Assembly (NCBI GenBank): GCA_963840855.1 | Contig: CAWJBB010000062.1 | Location: 64,001-128,000, forward strand | Direction of reading: 5' to 3' | DNA: 64,000 nucleotides | Origin: an uncultured delta proteobacterium | GTDB taxonomy: Bacteria > Desulfobacterota > Binatia > UBA9968 | Shown here: in pieces, positions 20,899 to 30,828 of the stretch | How the letters are laid out: every line of letters starts with the position of its first letter | How positions within the stretch are numbered: position 1 is the stretch's first letter | The notes under the pieces: model-generated | The model's database searches: none | What the model saw: only the letters and a program-made list of their open reading frames with translations | What the model was told of the DNA's origin: nothing | Translations under genes and position numbers: made by a program

Positions 20899-21963
20899 AT
20901 GAATACTCATAGAACGTTTGTTGGAATAGCAGTTTTTGGCGCGCTATTGGTGCTCGCCGGGCTTTCACCCGATCACGGGTTCACTCAAGCGCCATTTTAC
21001 CAGGGCAAAACCATAACGGTCATCGCCGGTACCGCCCCCGGAGGAATCGGCGATAACCGCGTCAAGTCTATGGTTCCTTTTCTGCGCAAATATATCCCAG
21101 GAAATCCCGCCATCGTGGTCCAGTTCATGGACGGCGGCGGCGGTCGACAAGTGGGCAATCATATGTTCCGCAACGCCCGTCCTGACGGGCTCACGATCGG
21201 AGCGTTCAGCAGCTCCGTAATTGCACTGAATCTCTTGGGCGAGACCGGAGTGATGTACGATGTCGATAAATTTATCTACCTTGGCTCACCCGAAAGCGAA
21301 AGCCACCTGGTGTTCTATACCCGAAAAGAAGCCGGCTTGAACAATTTGGAGAAACTCAGAACTACGCCCGGGATCAGAGTCGGCGCCAGGCCGGTAGGAC
21401 ATAGCGCCTACATATCGGCTCGGTTTTTTGCCTACTTTCTCGGTTTAAAGGATACGAAGTTCATCCCGGGTTACGGAGCGCCCGAATTGGATCTTGCGCT
21501 GGTACGCGGGGAAGTCGATGCCAGAGCGAATACTGCGACATCGATTTGGCAGCGGAATCCCGATTGGGCGGAAAAAGGGCTGATGGATTTCCACGCCATT
21601 TTGGAGGTTCCCAAAGGGCTCAAGTTTCCCCGCTTCAGCCACCTTCCTGAGATCGAGACTTTTGCTAAAACTGAAAAAGAAACCAGGCTTATCGCCCTCT
21701 CGCGAACATTAAGGCTTACGGGCTCACCTTACGTTTTGCCTCCTGGAACGCCCAAAGATCGAGTGGAGATCTTTCAGGAAGCGACGCGCAAGACTTTCAA
21801 AGATCCCGACTTTCATCGCGAATACCGAAAGATCGTCGGCGACGACGCCAGTCCCATGACACCGGAGGAATTGACCAAGGCCATCAAAGACACGCCTCGT
21901 GATCCCGAAATGATCGAAATGTTCAAGCTTTTCTCTGGCGGAGCGCCACTGCCAGCCCGCTAG
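20899..21963 (+). CDS. Tripartite tricarboxylate transporter substrate-binding protein (Bug/TctC-like)
   Basis: Signal peptide, FYQGKTITVI.GTAPGG, IPGNPAIVVQ, PDGLTIG, PPGTPKDRV. Confidence 0.85.
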   Translation: MNTHRTFVGIAVFGALLVLAGLSPDHGFTQAPFYQGKTITVIAGTAPGGIGDNRVKSMVPFLRKYIPGNPAIVVQFMDGGGGRQVGNHMFRNARPDGLTIGAFSSSVIALNLLGETGVMYDVDKFIYLGSPESESHLVFYTRKEAGLNNLEKLRTTPGIRVGARPVGHSAYISARFFAYFLGLKDTKFIPGYGAPELDLALVRGEVDARANTATSIWQRNPDWAEKGLMDFHAILEVPKGLKFPRFSHLPEIETFAKTEKETRLIALSRTLRLTGSPYVLPPGTPKDRVEIFQEATRKTFKDPDFHREYRKIVGDDASPMTPEELTKAIKDTPRDPEMIEMFKLFSGGAPLPAR

Positions 21964-21991
21964 AAGGCGCAGAAAAGAGGTCGGGAATCTT

Positions 21992-22072
21992 CTCGCGCCA
22001 AGACGCCAAGAACGCAAAGGAGATCTTCCTTATCCGACTCTGAACTTGGCGCCCTTTGCGCCTTGGCGCGAG
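21992..22072. repeat. Inverted-repeat element built of CGCCAAG/CGCAAAG units
   Basis: Arms ctcgcgccaagacgccaagaacgcaaag and cttggcgccctttgcgccttggcgcgag, between convergent genes. Confidence 0.7.
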
Positions 22073-22150
22073 TTATAATCGGTGTTTGGAGTATGGGGTC
22101 GCGACTTGCAATGCGATTGCGTGATTGCAAGACTTGGGTCGCTTTCCTGC

Positions 22151-23359
22151 TCAGTAGAAGACTTTCTCTTCCTCTAGCTGCCGGATCTCTTCATCCGTCA
22201 GCCCCAAAAGATCACTTGCGATTTCATAGGTGTGTTGCCCCATGAGCGGAGCGAGCCCCCGTACTTTCCCCGGAGTTTCCGAGAGGCGAATGGGAACATT
22301 TTCGGTGGCGATAGTGCCGGCCTCGGGCTCGTTCATTTCCAATAAGAAACCCGTGGCGGCGTACTGTCGATCGCGCTTGAATTGATCCTCCACGTCCTGA
22401 ACGACGGCGGCGCAAACCCCGACGCCTTGTAAAAGCTCCATGACTTCGTAAGGGTCGTGTTGCAGCGTCCAGTCGGTCACCCACTGGTCTAATTCTTTCC
22501 GGTGGCGTGCGCGGCCCAGGTGAGTGGCAAACTTGGCATCGGGTCTCGAGCCCGATTTTTCCAGTAACCGCGCGAAGTTTTCCCAATCAGCTTGCGTGTA
22601 GACTGAGATCACACACCAACGGTCTGTTCCTCGACATTGATAAGGCCCATAGGGTGCTGCAATCAAACTGTGGTTGCCCACGGGTTTGGGATCGCGCTGG
22701 TTGACAGAATATTCCATATATTTAGGTCCCAGGAGGGTGGCGCCAATTTCCAACTGTGCGTTATCGATCAAGTCGCCGCGCCCCGTGGTCTTGCGTTGCA
22801 GCAGAGCCAGGACGACGCCGAACGCGCCCACGACTCCGCCCATAAAATCGGGATGCTGGGTTCTTGGCTCTGCGGTCGGCGTAGTCGCCCCAGGATAGTT
22901 CCACAGATAACTTGCGCCCATGTTGTTAATGACGTTTGGACCGTAAGTCAGGTCGGTGGCGTGCGGGCCGGTGCAGCCCATGCCTTTGACGCGGATCAAG
23001 ATGCATGCGGGATTGAGCTCCTGGAGTTGAGGATAATCGAGGCCCCATTTTTCCAGCACGCCCAAGCCGAAATTTTCTATGAGGACATCGGACTTCCGGA
23101 CCAATTGCTTTACGAGCTCGCGGCCTTTGGCCATTTGCATATTTACGGTGAAGGACTTCTTGCCGCGCTGGAGCTTGATGAAATCCGGCTTCTTGTTCCA
23201 CAACTTCGGGTCCTCGCCCCGGTGACCATCGCCGCGCAACCGCGTCTCGCAACGGATCACTTCGGCGCCGAACTCGCAGAGCACGCGCCCGACCGTCGGA
23301 CCTGCCGCTCCGGTCGTCAACTCGACAACGCGAATACCCTCCAAAGGTAAATTGGCCAT
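22151..23359 (-). CDS. CoA transferase, CaiB/BaiF (family III)
   Basis: PLEGIRVVEL, AGPTVGRVL.EFGAEVIRCE, RGKKS, DVLIENF, APLMGQHT. Confidence 0.9.
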   Translation of the reverse strand: MANLPLEGIRVVELTTGAAGPTVGRVLCEFGAEVIRCETRLRGDGHRGEDPKLWNKKPDFIKLQRGKKSFTVNMQMAKGRELVKQLVRKSDVLIENFGLGVLEKWGLDYPQLQELNPACILIRVKGMGCTGPHATDLTYGPNVINNMGASYLWNYPGATTPTAEPRTQHPDFMGGVVGAFGVVLALLQRKTTGRGDLIDNAQLEIGATLLGPKYMEYSVNQRDPKPVGNHSLIAAPYGPYQCRGTDRWCVISVYTQADWENFARLLEKSGSRPDAKFATHLGRARHRKELDQWVTDWTLQHDPYEVMELLQGVGVCAAVVQDVEDQFKRDRQYAATGFLLEMNEPEAGTIATENVPIRLSETPGKVRGLAPLMGQHTYEIASDLLGLTDEEIRQLEEEKVFY

Positions 23360-24571
23360 CTAAATCACTCCCGACGATCGCAAGGCAACCAAATCGTCGC
23401 TGCTAAACCCGAGTTCGCCGCAAAAAATTTCGTTATTGTGTTCGCCAAGCAGAGGCGCCGGACGGGTGATCGCCCCAGGGCATTCCTTCAGGCGCGGCAC
23501 AGGGGCGAATTGCAGATATTTGCCGACCACGGAGTGATTCATTTCAATAAAGAGCTGCCGCGCCTTGGTTTGAGAGCTCTCCATAAACTCTCCCACCGTG
23601 TTGATCGGCGTCACGCTAATGCGCCGTTTCTGGCCTTCCTCGTACATTTCCTGCTTGGTAAAACCGCGGCAAAATTCCGCTATCGCGGCCTGAACGATGG
23701 CCGGGTGTTGTCGCCGATAGGTCGTCTTTTCGAACTCGGGGCCGGAAATCGCCGCGGGCCGCCCCATCCATTCTACCAGGCGGCGCCATTGTTCCCTGGC
23801 GACAATGAAGAAGCGCACGTAGCCGTCTTTGACCGCATAGGGATCGTAAAGATCCGCCTCTTCGCCGTTGCGCCTCGCCCGCGCTGGTTTCGCCCCCGTG
23901 GCACTGTAATGGGGAATGTAATACCCGGCGATGTGCGCTGCGCATTCGTGGGTCGACACGTCGATATGCTGGCCGCGTCCACTCGCCGCTCGGTGATAGA
24001 GGGCCACCGCAACGCCAAAGGCGCCATAAGCCGATGCCATGCCGTAGGCGAGCTCGCCCGCGGGTTGAAGCGGCGGTTTGCCCCGTTCACCGGCGAGGTA
24101 CAACAAATTGCCGAGCGCGATACCGGCGATGTCATCGGCTTTGTAATCGCGCCATGGACCCGATCGACCAAACGGAGTGATCGAAGCCACGACGAGACGC
24201 GGATTGATGACGCTCAACTGCGCGTAGCTCAGCCCAACTTTGTCTGCGCGTTCCGGTGAATAGGTTTCAATGAGCACATCGGCTTTACGAACCAGCTCGA
24301 GTAAAATCGCTCTACCGTCGGTTGTTTCCACGTCCAGCGTGATGCCGCGCTTATTGGTATTGAAGTGGAGGAAATAGAGGCTTGCCTCGGGATGCGGAAT
24401 ATCATCCTTGAACGGCGGAATGCGCCGCGATTCTTCGCCCGAGGGCGGCTCGACTTTAATGATGTCGGCGCCCATATCGGCCAGGAGCTTGGTGCAATGC
24501 AGTCCCGGCGGCCCAGCCAAGTCGAGCACGCGATAACCAACCAGTGGTCCGCTGGTATGCGGTTTTTCCAT
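23360..24571 (-). CDS. CoA transferase, CaiB/BaiF (family III)
   Basis: GYRVLDL, LADMGADIIKVEPP, NTNKRGITLD, APLLGEHN. Tandem with the previous gene, possibly a two-subunit enzyme. Confidence 0.9.
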   Translation of the reverse strand: MEKPHTSGPLVGYRVLDLAGPPGLHCTKLLADMGADIIKVEPPSGEESRRIPPFKDDIPHPEASLYFLHFNTNKRGITLDVETTDGRAILLELVRKADVLIETYSPERADKVGLSYAQLSVINPRLVVASITPFGRSGPWRDYKADDIAGIALGNLLYLAGERGKPPLQPAGELAYGMASAYGAFGVAVALYHRAASGRGQHIDVSTHECAAHIAGYYIPHYSATGAKPARARRNGEEADLYDPYAVKDGYVRFFIVAREQWRRLVEWMGRPAAISGPEFEKTTYRRQHPAIVQAAIAEFCRGFTKQEMYEEGQKRRISVTPINTVGEFMESSQTKARQLFIEMNHSVVGKYLQFAPVPRLKECPGAITRPAPLLGEHNNEIFCGELGFSSDDLVALRSSGVI

Positions 24572-24663
24572 AGACTCTCCAGAAATGTATACGAAGCATT
24601 GCGTCAAGCGATCCTGGTATACCGTGTGACTTTGCGAGGTGTCAATAAACAACAAGCTTGAGA

Positions 24664-24906
24664 AATCCCCTCATACAGCTCACCGAAAATTTTCCCGCGA
24701 TCCTTACCTGCGACCTCTGGCAAGTACAGCTGATAGGACAAGTAAACCTGTCCGGCTGAAAGCGCATCTACCCGCAAATGTCTCGGTTGATCTCGATATT
24801 GGTTGCCTTTTCTTTCATGAAAAAGACCAAGGTCTCGAAAAGATTCTTCCAGCTTCCTTTGAACATCGTCATTCGAACGAAGATCGCGAGATATTTGGGG
24901 GTCTGA
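24664..24906 (-). pseudogene. AIPR-family protein internal fragment
   Basis: QTP (adjacent frame) then ISRDLRSNDDVQRKLEESF..LGLFHERK...RVDALSAGQ.YLSY.L.LPEVA.KDRGKIFGELYE. No plausible N- or C-terminus. Confidence 0.6.
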
Positions 24907-25028
24907 CGCGGTGAAAGATGATAACTTTCGTGGCCTGTGCGAAAAATCCGTTCGTTGTAGGGTCACGATCAACACGGCGCTGGCAACGAACATAGCGTGG
25001 TGCAACCGGAAGTTTTGGAACTGTAACT

Positions 25029-25979
25029 TTAAGGCGGGCAGCCCAGGATCCAGCCTTCCTCGCTTCGGATCAAGGTATCTTCCCGTGATCCGCTAATGAT
25101 CCCCGGCGGAATGGTGAATTCCCTGAGGAGTAGATTCTTTGCATCGAGATCGCGCGCCCAGTGCCACATCGCGCGCACCTGACCTCGGTCCTTGATCGTG
25201 TCGGCAAGGGGGATTCGGACGCTCGGATAAATCTCGGCGTGCACAACTCGCAGCTCCGGATCGAGCCATGACCCCGTCGCGGGCGCCCACCCAGTCTCAA
25301 AGGGCCACACGGCGGAGCACCGGGCGAACTGCGGATCGAATCGGATGCTCTCGAGGCGCGGAATGCCGGTGATCACCTGGCTGCCGACGCTGCCCGTGCC
25401 GAAGAGACGGAACGGGGTGTCGCTCCTCGCTCTTTCGTCCGTTATGCGCCGCGGAGCGATAGTATCCCTGACGGAAGCGAACGGCTGCGCGGGCCTTTTC
25501 TGTGGAACGCATACGTAACTACCGGACTTGAAAAGACACCAGAATGGACCGGGGGAAACCGGAGTCGAGCCTATGGTGTTGATTGCGCTCGCGACCTCGA
25601 AGCGATTGCTACGGTTCGTTGGTTGTCGGCCCGGCCTCGTCCCGAGGTCATCCTGCACGTGTTTCCTGAGGTACTGCCAGACGATGCGCCAAGGCGATAA
25701 CTCGCCGGGGAGCAACTTGGGAAGCAACGACGCGAACCCCGCGGGGTAACCGTATCCGAAGTCGGCGCAGAGTAGCACGCGGCCCTTCTTCGACCCGACA
25801 ATAAACTGGAGCTGCGAGCGGATGATGTGCGCGGCTTCGGTCCTCGACGGTGGGCTCACCGTTTTTGGCCCGGTGGCTGTAGCGGATCCATGTGCAATCC
25901 AGATGCAGTCCGGCTTTCCCGCACGACGCCCATTTCCTCCGGACCAGTCCACCATAACGTAGGCGTCGAATAGCGGCAT
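25029..25979 (-). CDS. Hypothetical protein, DUF429-like/RNase H-fold candidate
   Basis: FDAYVMVDWS, IWIA, ADFGYGYP, GSVGSQ, VWPFETG, AEIYPS, EEGWILG. Confidence 0.6.
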   Translation of the reverse strand: MPLFDAYVMVDWSGGNGRRAGKPDCIWIAHGSATATGPKTVSPPSRTEAAHIIRSQLQFIVGSKKGRVLLCADFGYGYPAGFASLLPKLLPGELSPWRIVWQYLRKHVQDDLGTRPGRQPTNRSNRFEVASAINTIGSTPVSPGPFWCLFKSGSYVCVPQKRPAQPFASVRDTIAPRRITDERARSDTPFRLFGTGSVGSQVITGIPRLESIRFDPQFARCSAVWPFETGWAPATGSWLDPELRVVHAEIYPSVRIPLADTIKDRGQVRAMWHWARDLDAKNLLLREFTIPPGIISGSREDTLIRSEEGWILGCPP

Positions 25980-26226
25980 CCCCGTTCATCTGACTTTGAA
26001 TATTTGAGACCTGGAGTCAGGTATGGAAACCTTGCAAGTTTGATTCATTCGTTTAGATAGCACGGCCTTGCCTCTCACCTCGTGATACCGATATACGCTG
26101 ACATTGAGCAGAAATAAACCCGGACTCCGCAGTTAACCTCCGTCCCGGCGCGCGAGGTGCAAGGACGATAGCGCATCAATGGCAGCAGGAGAGCGCCGGC
26201 AAAGAAAGCCGCGGTTTCGCAGTCGA

Positions 26227-26559
26227 TCACTTTCGGCCAAACGACTTCCGAAGTTCGCTTTTGGCCCGTTCCAAGATGCCTCGCTGCCGCTTCGACAAAC
26301 TTTTACCGGCGCGGTTGATGTAAAAGTTCAGCATTGACATGGCTGACTGATAAGGCGTGGCTTTGCGTCTCTTACTGCGTTCGGCCGAGCGTTTGAGAGA
26401 GTTTGCGATTCGTCGCGGGTTAGCCGACCGGAAAATGTTCGACTCGAGGTCGAGCGCGTTACTCCTTCGAGTAACATCGAGCGACCAATAGCGAGCCGCC
26501 GATTTTCGGCCTCCAGTGGGTCTTGCGGTGGAATGGTTCCCATGTCTTCTCATGGTCAA
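26227..26559 (-). CDS. DUF3175 family protein
   Basis: WS..VT..SNALDLE..IF...P..IA.SLKRSAE.S.RRK..PYQSAMSMLNFYINRAG. Confidence 0.8.
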   Translation of the reverse strand: MTMRRHGNHSTARPTGGRKSAARYWSLDVTRRSNALDLESNIFRSANPRRIANSLKRSAERSKRRKATPYQSAMSMLNFYINRAGKSLSKRQRGILERAKSELRKSFGRK

Positions 26560-27059
26560 CCTCTTTGGGCTGCTTGAGCTTTCTCGATATTTTGCTTTCG
26601 CGCTCTGCGCTGCGCTCGCGTGGGTTTTTCACGCTCAGGGACATTCGGCCTGGGTTTGGCCTTGAATCGATCGCCGGCCAGGTGGGCAGGCTTTGCACCT
26701 AAAGCCGCCAGGACTTTTCGTGCAGCCGCGCTATCGGGGACCAATTCGCCATCTTCAACATGCGCATCCTCTTTGCTGATCAGCCACTTTTGCGTATCCC
26801 ACGAACCATTGCCGCGTCTGCCGGCCACACGCTCAATGCCATGTTTCTTGCCAACGTCTTGAACTCGGAACGTCTCGAACTCGGTCTTCGGCCTGACCTC
26901 GACGTGGTAAAATTCACCTTTTCCTGTGGTTCCCGGCTTTTGCCGCCCTCTTCCGTCGGGTTGAGATCGAGCGCGTGCTGCTAACGACATGCTGCGCCAT
27001 GTTTTCTGCGCTTTTCTAATATTATTCTTCGCAGCCTGTCTTTGCTTCGTCGATGCCAT
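26556..27059 (-). CDS. Basic conserved hypothetical protein
   Basis: RBS GGAGG. 4-nt overlap with the DUF3175 gene. Similar N- and C-terminal motifs (Q..AA..NI.KAQ). Confidence 0.7.
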   Translation of the reverse strand: MASTKQRQAAKNNIRKAQKTWRSMSLAARARSQPDGRGRQKPGTTGKGEFYHVEVRPKTEFETFRVQDVGKKHGIERVAGRRGNGSWDTQKWLISKEDAHVEDGELVPDSAAARKVLAALGAKPAHLAGDRFKAKPRPNVPEREKPTRAQRRARKQNIEKAQAAQRG

Positions 27060-27258
27060 GTTTCATCCTCCTCCAGACCTGGGCCAGCACCACAAAATGA
27101 TATCCGTCATGTGAATGTTCTGACTGCTGCGCCACTCAAAATGAACGACTGATGCCTTTTGGGATAGTCAAATCCTTTGCGCTTTGGGGGGCTTACTGAA
27201 CCTCTTTTACCTCTTAAAAATTTAGGCGGCAAAAAACTCCAGCCTTTTCTTTTGTCGC

Positions 27259-27274
27259 AGCAAGGCGCATGCCA
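27259..27274 (-). promoter_or_regulatory. sigma54 -24/-12 promoter
   Basis: Minus strand TGGCAT-GCGCC-TTGCT with exact GG-N10-GC spacing, ~200 nt upstream of 27059. Confidence 0.6.
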
Positions 27275-27546
27275 TCAAGGATAACGTTCGCCGCATCGAG
27301 TAAAAGTGCACTATCTTGTTGCTGCGGGGATCGAACGTCCCAAAGCTAATAACTAAAACTTCACGCGGCGTTTCAAAATCGGGACGGCCCTCGCCCTTCT
27401 TCGATTTGCTCAGTGCAACGACGGCGCAAACCGCATAATCGCATCCCTAGTTGATCCGCCCTACTTCGCATTTTATGCTGTAGCATGTGGCACAAATTGT
27501 GTTACGCGCCTGGTACAACAGTACGGGCCATCAAGGAGAATTAAAA

Positions 27547-28743
27547 ATGCAGGTAAAATCAGATATTTTGCTTATCAGCTGCTGTGCAACTAGGTTGCCG
27601 CTGAAGCTAATGTATCTCCTGCTCATCGCCTGCTTGATGGTGGGCGCGCCGTCGCCGGTACAAGCGCAGGCGCCGCGCTCGCCGACGCCGGCCCCGGCAA
27701 AAGGTGTCGTTGACGTCCAGACAATTGCCAAAGGGCTCGAACATCCCTGGAGCCTCGCTTTCCTGCCGGACAAGCGGCTGCTCGTCACAGAACGTCCGGG
27801 TCGCTTGCGCTTGGTAGGGCCGGACGGCCGTGTCTCCGAACCGCTCACCGGTGTGCCGCAGGTATACGCTAGCGGGCAAGGCGGGCTTTTAGACGTAGCA
27901 CTGAGTCCGACATTCGATAAGGATCGGCTCGTCTATCTGTCTTTTGCCGAATCCGGCGAAGGCGGCGCAGGCACTGCCGTCGCCCGCGGGCGACTCGGCG
28001 AGCGCGGACTTGAAAACACTCAGGTGATCTGGCGTCAGCAGCCCAAGGTGAGCGGCCCCAATCACTGGGGCTCGAGAATTGTGTTTCGTCCCGACGGCAC
28101 ACTATTTGTAACTTTAGGTGAGCGGTTCAATTACTCCGAGAGAGCCCAGGACCTAGCTGCAACCCTCGGCAAGATCGTGCGTATCAACCCGGACGGCTCG
28201 GCGCCGCGCGACAACCCGTTCGTCAACCGCGCCGGAGCGCAGCCGGAGATCTGGTCGTACGGGCATCGCAACGTCCAAGCCGCCGCGCTCGATCCTGAGA
28301 CCGGACAGCTCTGGACCGTGGAGCACGGCGCGCGTGGCGGCGACGAGCTGAACCACCCGGAAGCCGGGAAGAATTACGGCTGGCCCGTCATCTCCTACGG
28401 TGTCCATTATTCTTATCTTAAGATTGGCGAAGGCACGGCGAAACAAGGAATGGAACAGCCGGTCTACTATTGGGATCCGGTGATCGCGCCCTCCGGCATG
28501 GTCTTTTACACGGGGAATTTGTTCGCGGGCTGGAAGAACAACATCCTCATCGGCTCACTAACTCCCGGACTCTTGGTGCGGCTCGTAATGAAGGATGGCA
28601 AAGTCGCGCAAGAAGAACGTTACCTGGGTGATTTGCGAGAGCGCATCCGCGACGTGGGCCAAGCGCCGGATGGGTCGCTCTATCTTCTCACCGACGCGCG
28701 CAACGGGCAGATCCTGCGGATAACACCGGCAGCCAACCGCTGA
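27547..28743 (+). CDS. PQQ-dependent sugar dehydrogenase (glucose/sorbosone, YliI-like)
   Basis: [50 protein letters not shown]. Start uncertain. Confidence 0.9.
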   Translation: MQVKSDILLISCCATRLPLKLMYLLLIACLMVGAPSPVQAQAPRSPTPAPAKGVVDVQTIAKGLEHPWSLAFLPDKRLLVTERPGRLRLVGPDGRVSEPLTGVPQVYASGQGGLLDVALSPTFDKDRLVYLSFAESGEGGAGTAVARGRLGERGLENTQVIWRQQPKVSGPNHWGSRIVFRPDGTLFVTLGERFNYSERAQDLAATLGKIVRINPDGSAPRDNPFVNRAGAQPEIWSYGHRNVQAAALDPETGQLWTVEHGARGGDELNHPEAGKNYGWPVISYGVHYSYLKIGEGTAKQGMEQPVYYWDPVIAPSGMVFYTGNLFAGWKNNILIGSLTPGLLVRLVMKDGKVAQEERYLGDLRERIRDVGQAPDGSLYLLTDARNGQILRITPAANR

Positions 28744-28763
28744 TGACGTTGGGGCATTGGGGA

Positions 28764-28872
28764 GGAATGCGTCGAGACCCTCAGCATGAACGGAAAATCA
28801 TGAACGGTTTCAAATCGCTCTCGTTGGTCCTGAGCCAGTCGAAGCATTCCGAAAGTTGTTTTTCAGCAACCT
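28764..28872. repeat. Degenerate MITE/REP-like palindromic element
   Basis: Arms GGAATGCGTCGA... and ...TCGAAGCATTCC, terminus TTTTTCAGCAACCT. A matching inverted terminus AGGTTGCTAAAAAG..GGAATGCTTCGA lies at 30751-30783. Confidence 0.55.
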
Positions 28873-28939
28873 GCGCGTTTCAAACTGCGCCGCATTTGAT
28901 GTGCACAAAATCCCCAGCAGCTCTTAAGAGGTCGAACCT

Positions 28940-30731
28940 ATGGCGTCACGGATAGAAGACTACGCGCTCATCGGGGATTGCCATACGGCCGCGCTCGTGG
29001 CGCGCAACGGTTCCATCGACTGGCTATGCTTCCCGCGATTCGATTCGGGCGCGTGCTTTGCGGCTCTATTGGGTACCGAGGAACATGGCTGCTGGAGCCT
29101 AAGACCCGCCGGGAAGATTAGCCAAATCCGCCGCGGCTACCACGACGACACTCTCGTTCTCGAGACGGAATACGAAACCGCCGATGGAGTGGTCAGTGTC
29201 ATCGACTGCATGCCACCGCGCAGCAAGGAAGCGGATCTAGTTCGCATCGTGGTCGGCAAACGCGGGCAGGTTCCCATGCGCATGCAGCTCGTGCTCCGGC
29301 CGGACTATGGCTCGATCATTCCGTGGGTGCGCCGAACTGAAAAACGGCATCTGCGCGGTGGCCGGTCCGGACACGCTCACCTTGCAGTCGGATGTAAATC
29401 TGCGCAACGAGAACTTTAAAACCGAAGCGGAGTTCACGGTCTCCGCCGGACAACGTTTGCACTTTGTGCTGACGTGGCTGCCGTCGCACGATGCCGACAA
29501 GGTCACAGCCGACGCCGAAGCATTGCTCGCGCAGGCGGAGCAATGGTGGCAAGAGTGGGCCGGCCACTGCACGTATAAAGGTCCCTACCGCGACAGCGTC
29601 GTCCGTTCGCTGGTGACATTGAAAGCGCTTACATACGCGCCGACGGGCGGGATCGTTGCCGCGCCAACGACTTCTCTTCCGGAACGGCTCGGCGGCGTCC
29701 GAAACTGGGACTACCGCTATTGCTGGGTTCGCGATGCGACGTTCACTCTCTACGCGTTGCTGCTGGCGGGCTACACCGCCGAAGCCGCCGCCTGGCGCGA
29801 TTGGCTTCTCCGGGCGGTCGCCGGCAAGCCGTCCCAGCTGAATATCATGTATGGCCTGGCGGGAGAAAGAAGGCTGCCCGAGATGGAGCTCAACTGGCTA
29901 CCCGGTTACGAAGATTCAGCGCCCGTGCGCATCGGCAATGCCGCATGCGAGCAGTTTCAACTCGACGTCTATGGCGAGCTGATGGACGCGATGTATCTGG
30001 CGCGCCGGGGTGGTCTTGCACCAGACGAAAACGCCTGGCGAGTCGAGCGGGCGCTGACCGATTACCTGGAATCGGCGTGGAGCGAACCGGACAATGGTAT
30101 CTGGGAAGTGCGCGGTCCGAAGCGCCACTTCACTCATTCAAAGGTGATGGCATGGGTAGCCCTGGATCGAATGGTGAAGGCCGTGGAGAACTTCGGCCTG
30201 CAAGGTCCGGTCGAGCGCTGGCGCGGTGTGCGCGCCAAGATACATGACGAAGTCTGCCGCCATGGCTTTGATCGCGAGCGCAACACCTTCGTGCAATACT
30301 ACGGCGGCACGGAGCTCGATGCCAGCCTGCTGATGATCGCGCTAGTTGGGTTTCTGCCGCCAGGCGATCCGCGCATAAAGGGCACCGTCGAGGCTATCGA
30401 ACGCGACCTCATGGACGAGGGTTTTGTCCTGCGCTATCGAACCAAACCGAAAGTTGACGGCCTTCCACCCGGCGAAGCGCCTTTTCTTGCCTGCAGCTTC
30501 TGGCTCGCGGATAATCTGGCGCTGATGGGACGGCGAGAAGACGCGCGGATGCTCTTTGAGCGCTTGTTGGGTCTTTGCAACGACGTGGGTTTATTGGCGG
30601 AAGAGTACGATCCGGCGACCAAGCGCCACCTGGGCAATTTTCCCCAGGCATTTAGCCACGTCGCGCTGATCAATACGGCGTCGAATCTCTCGCAGTCGCA
30701 GGGGCCGGCCAAGGATCGCCAACAAAGCTGA
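28940..30731 (+). CDS. Glycoside hydrolase family 15 (glucoamylase/trehalase-like), frameshift near 29340
   Basis: IEDYALIGD, IVAAPTTSLPE..GG.RNWDYRY.W.RD, QLDVYGE, GIWEVRG, LGNFPQAFSH. 1-nt indel in an A-run. Confidence 0.9.
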
Positions 30732-30828
30732 ACATACGCAGGGACACCTGAGGTTGCTAAAAAGTGCCGGAATGCTTCGAGAGACAGTTGAAAACAGATG
30801 GCCGTAAGAATATCCCCAAGCCAAGATT

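Noticed and set aside
27487-27503. TGGCACAAATTGTGTT as a sigma54 promoter
   Set aside because: It lacks the GC at -12.
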